NCBI RefSeq assembly: GCF_001194135.2
Contig: NC_068982.1
Coordinates: 18,352,542 to 18,416,541 of the forward strand
Origin: Octopus bimaculoides
Taxonomy: Eukaryota
Direction: 5' to 3'
Length of the DNA: 64,000 nucleotides
Part shown: positions 61,351 through 64,000 of the stretch, one piece after another
How the letters are laid out: each line of letters starts with the position of its first letter
How positions within the stretch are numbered: the first letter of the stretch is position 1
The notes under the pieces: generated by a model
Databases searched by the model: none
The model's input: only the letters and a program-made list of their open reading frames with translations
Told to the model about the DNA's origin: nothing
Position numbers and translations under genes: made by a program

Positions 61351-64000
61351 GATCACCACTTGTAAGTATCAGTTTCAAACTAAGAATAAATAAATAAAAT
61401 CAGAAAACTAATGCACAGGTGGATTTGTGTGGCACGTCATGATGATGGTCGAATTTGATAAACTCACCTGAGTTTATCAAATAATAAAGAAAAGAAAATG
61501 AGAACTAAATCATTTGGAGTCACATTCTTAATTGTAAAATGTGTAGGCTACATAGCATTCATTACGACAATGGACGTACTGCAGATAAATTGTGATAATC
61601 ATATTATAATAATATTTTGCATGAAAAGAACTCGCATATAAAAGGGGTCTATTGTGGGACCTAGGTGTAATTTGGAAACAACAAAAAATGAAACTTTTAT
61701 GGTACCATCTTTAGAATATGTGACATAATACAAAGTCGAAAGCCTTTTCTCATATGTAATAACTATTACGTTCTAATAATCAAATACATATGAAGTCCAA
61801 ATGAGATTATACAATGAAAATTAACCTACTTAAAAGTGAAAATAGATCATTAATGTCACTTAACCAATAACAATACTCAGATACATCATAGTCAGAAATT
61901 AGTTCCATTCTGCTGTATATAATAAAGCTATCGTTACCACTGGAAGCGTCATTGCCATAAAGGGCCAACACAATAAGTAGTAAAGCTGGTAATATATTAA
62001 TTATGCACGTAATAAGATAGTCTTTTGTCATATTTTTAGCCTAGCAAATTAAAAATAGATAACGTGTTGAATTTTAGTACACTAGAGTTTATTGATCATA
62101 TATTTAAGCGTTGTGTTCGCTATCCTATAATACCATTGGAAGACATTTGATGGGATGAATCAAGGCAAGCCAACTATATGTCTGAAACGATTAGATGTAT
62201 TCAGATTTATTTACAATCAAATCCAGGCCAGTAGACCAATTGTATTTGACTGAAATGTTAATGTGTATTCAAATAAATACAACAATGTAAATATCAGGGA
62301 GGGTCTGCGGGATCTGTCATTCAAATATGTGTGCATAAATAATTCATATTGTTAGAAATATATATCTATGATAGTGCATAAATATCTGCAGATTTGAATA
62401 TGGAATTTCAAAAATGCAATTTTATATTTGTTTCTATTGTTACCTAGTTACAAATCAAATCGGAGGTAAGTCGTCTACGAACGTTTGCCTTAACGACCAT
62501 CTATTATAATTTCCAGATACTTTATCGTTTTTATATAAGATGGTAACGTACAATTTCTGGAGCATTTAACTGTTATTCCTAGCAGATAATAGAACGATGG
62601 ACAGCAACACTAGTTAGTTGTTATAAGCCAATATAGTACATATTGATATCTCAGCTTCTACATTTACAAAGATGGTTTGCATTAGTTATTGTAGTGTGAC
62701 ATACTGAAACTGCTGTTCATTATTTTTTGCTCATACGTTTATTGTAGTTGCAGCGGTAGTCTTGTTTTTGCTGTTGTTGCTTATATCTAGGAAAAACCTG
62801 AAAAGGCAAATCTATGATCAAATGCTTTCCACGCAAACTAAAACCGTATTTTTATTGATGTATTTCAAACGCATCTGTTTACTTCGTTTTACTGGCTTTC
62901 TAAAATGGCGGATGGTAATTTCACTGAGACCTGGCAGCAATTATTTCTATCCATTGCAAATAATTTGTAGAGCCTCTCCCTTTGAATTGAAAGTCATAGA
63001 TATTATGATTTTCAGGTCTTAGTTCTCAGATGTCATATGTATTCGAACAAAGTAAATTATATTAGTAAATCCACAAAGCCTGTCATTATCTTATAACTTT
63101 TTAAGCTCATTTAATAATATACTGGAGATTGTAATCATTCATTTGTAGTCCATTACATATGATTTCCATTAACTACTAGGGTGAAATATGACTAATATCG
63201 AGAAACAGGTACCATGTTAAAGAAATGGAAATCCATAATTGGCATGCTATATTTCTAATTCATTATGCTTTTGTACATAAACTTCTGTTGCTACATACAA
63301 TAGATGCCAAAGTCACAACGGATTACTTGTGGAGGTAATGATACTAATATCGTATTCGACTAAACTTTAAGGTTGAATGGAAAGGAAATATATTTCAGCA
63401 GAAAAATACAATTTCCGCATCTCCTGCTGAGCGAATATTGGTTTGAATTAAACCAATATTACAAATAAATTAATTCTCGTCTCTTTCATTCTAGTCTCTT
63501 TAATTCTAGTCTCTTCTTCACATTGTTGGATATAAGATGGAAGCTATAGTTTGCAATACTACAATTGAATACACAGGATATGAAGCAATATTTCTGTCAG
63601 TGCGAGCGGAACTGGTTGAAAAATAATAGATGAAGCAATGAAGATGATGGTCTGCAATTACAGATCAACATCTTCGCAAAACATGATTTTGATATAAATT
63701 GGCAATTAAGTATCCTGATTGGGTTCGTTTCCAGCAGAAGAGAAAGTAATGGTCACTGTTTTTCTAAATGTTTTAAACAAAAACCAATCAAGTTGATCAA
63801 TGTTTGAAATATATTAATCTAAATTTAATTATCGCCACATCAACTTTCCGTAAACAAATTTGAATTAAAATGAAAAAGGGATACACAAAAATATAAATAA
63901 CAGTTAATATAAACATTATTAGTGAATGAACGGACCACCAATCTGTAAGGTCGATTGTACAAGGCATACGTACACATCCTCTCCGCGCGCGCACACACGC

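Noticed and set aside
62880-63060. Start exon MADGNFTETW.. or micro-exons near 63.0 kb
   Set aside because: The frame closes after 21 codons; splice-like signals are no better than background.

Overview
AT-rich animal genomic DNA with about 4.4 kb of N gaps in 11 stretches and many microsatellites. The repeat families resemble those I recall from octopus/coleoid cephalopod genomes (inference; confirm against Dfam/Repbase). I find no intact host gene, rRNA, true tRNA gene or CRISPR array. The window reads as intronic or intergenic sequence built from decayed mobile elements: three tRNA-derived SINE families; Tc1/mariner elements (DD34D mariner, DD37D maT, rosa-like); restriction-like-endonuclease (R4/Dong-type) LINE 3' ends; and RTE, CR1/L2, Tx1/L1 and Penelope-like fragments. 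The long ORFs in the track are artefacts of N gaps, microsatellites or TE remnants. The best-supported unusual observations are: (1) a 586-bp Merlin-like non-autonomous transposon (37-bp TIRs, 8-bp TSD, nested palindromes) carrying a central (TTAGGG)7 tract; (2) a minimal hammerhead-ribozyme motif next to an (ATT)n tract; (3) two RLE-LINE families whose copies sit inside different microsatellites, (TAA)n versus (TACA)n, suggesting microsatellite targeting and seeding; (4) a mariner-SINE chimeric junction and an inverted Penelope junction. No complete novel multi-gene system is demonstrable from this window.
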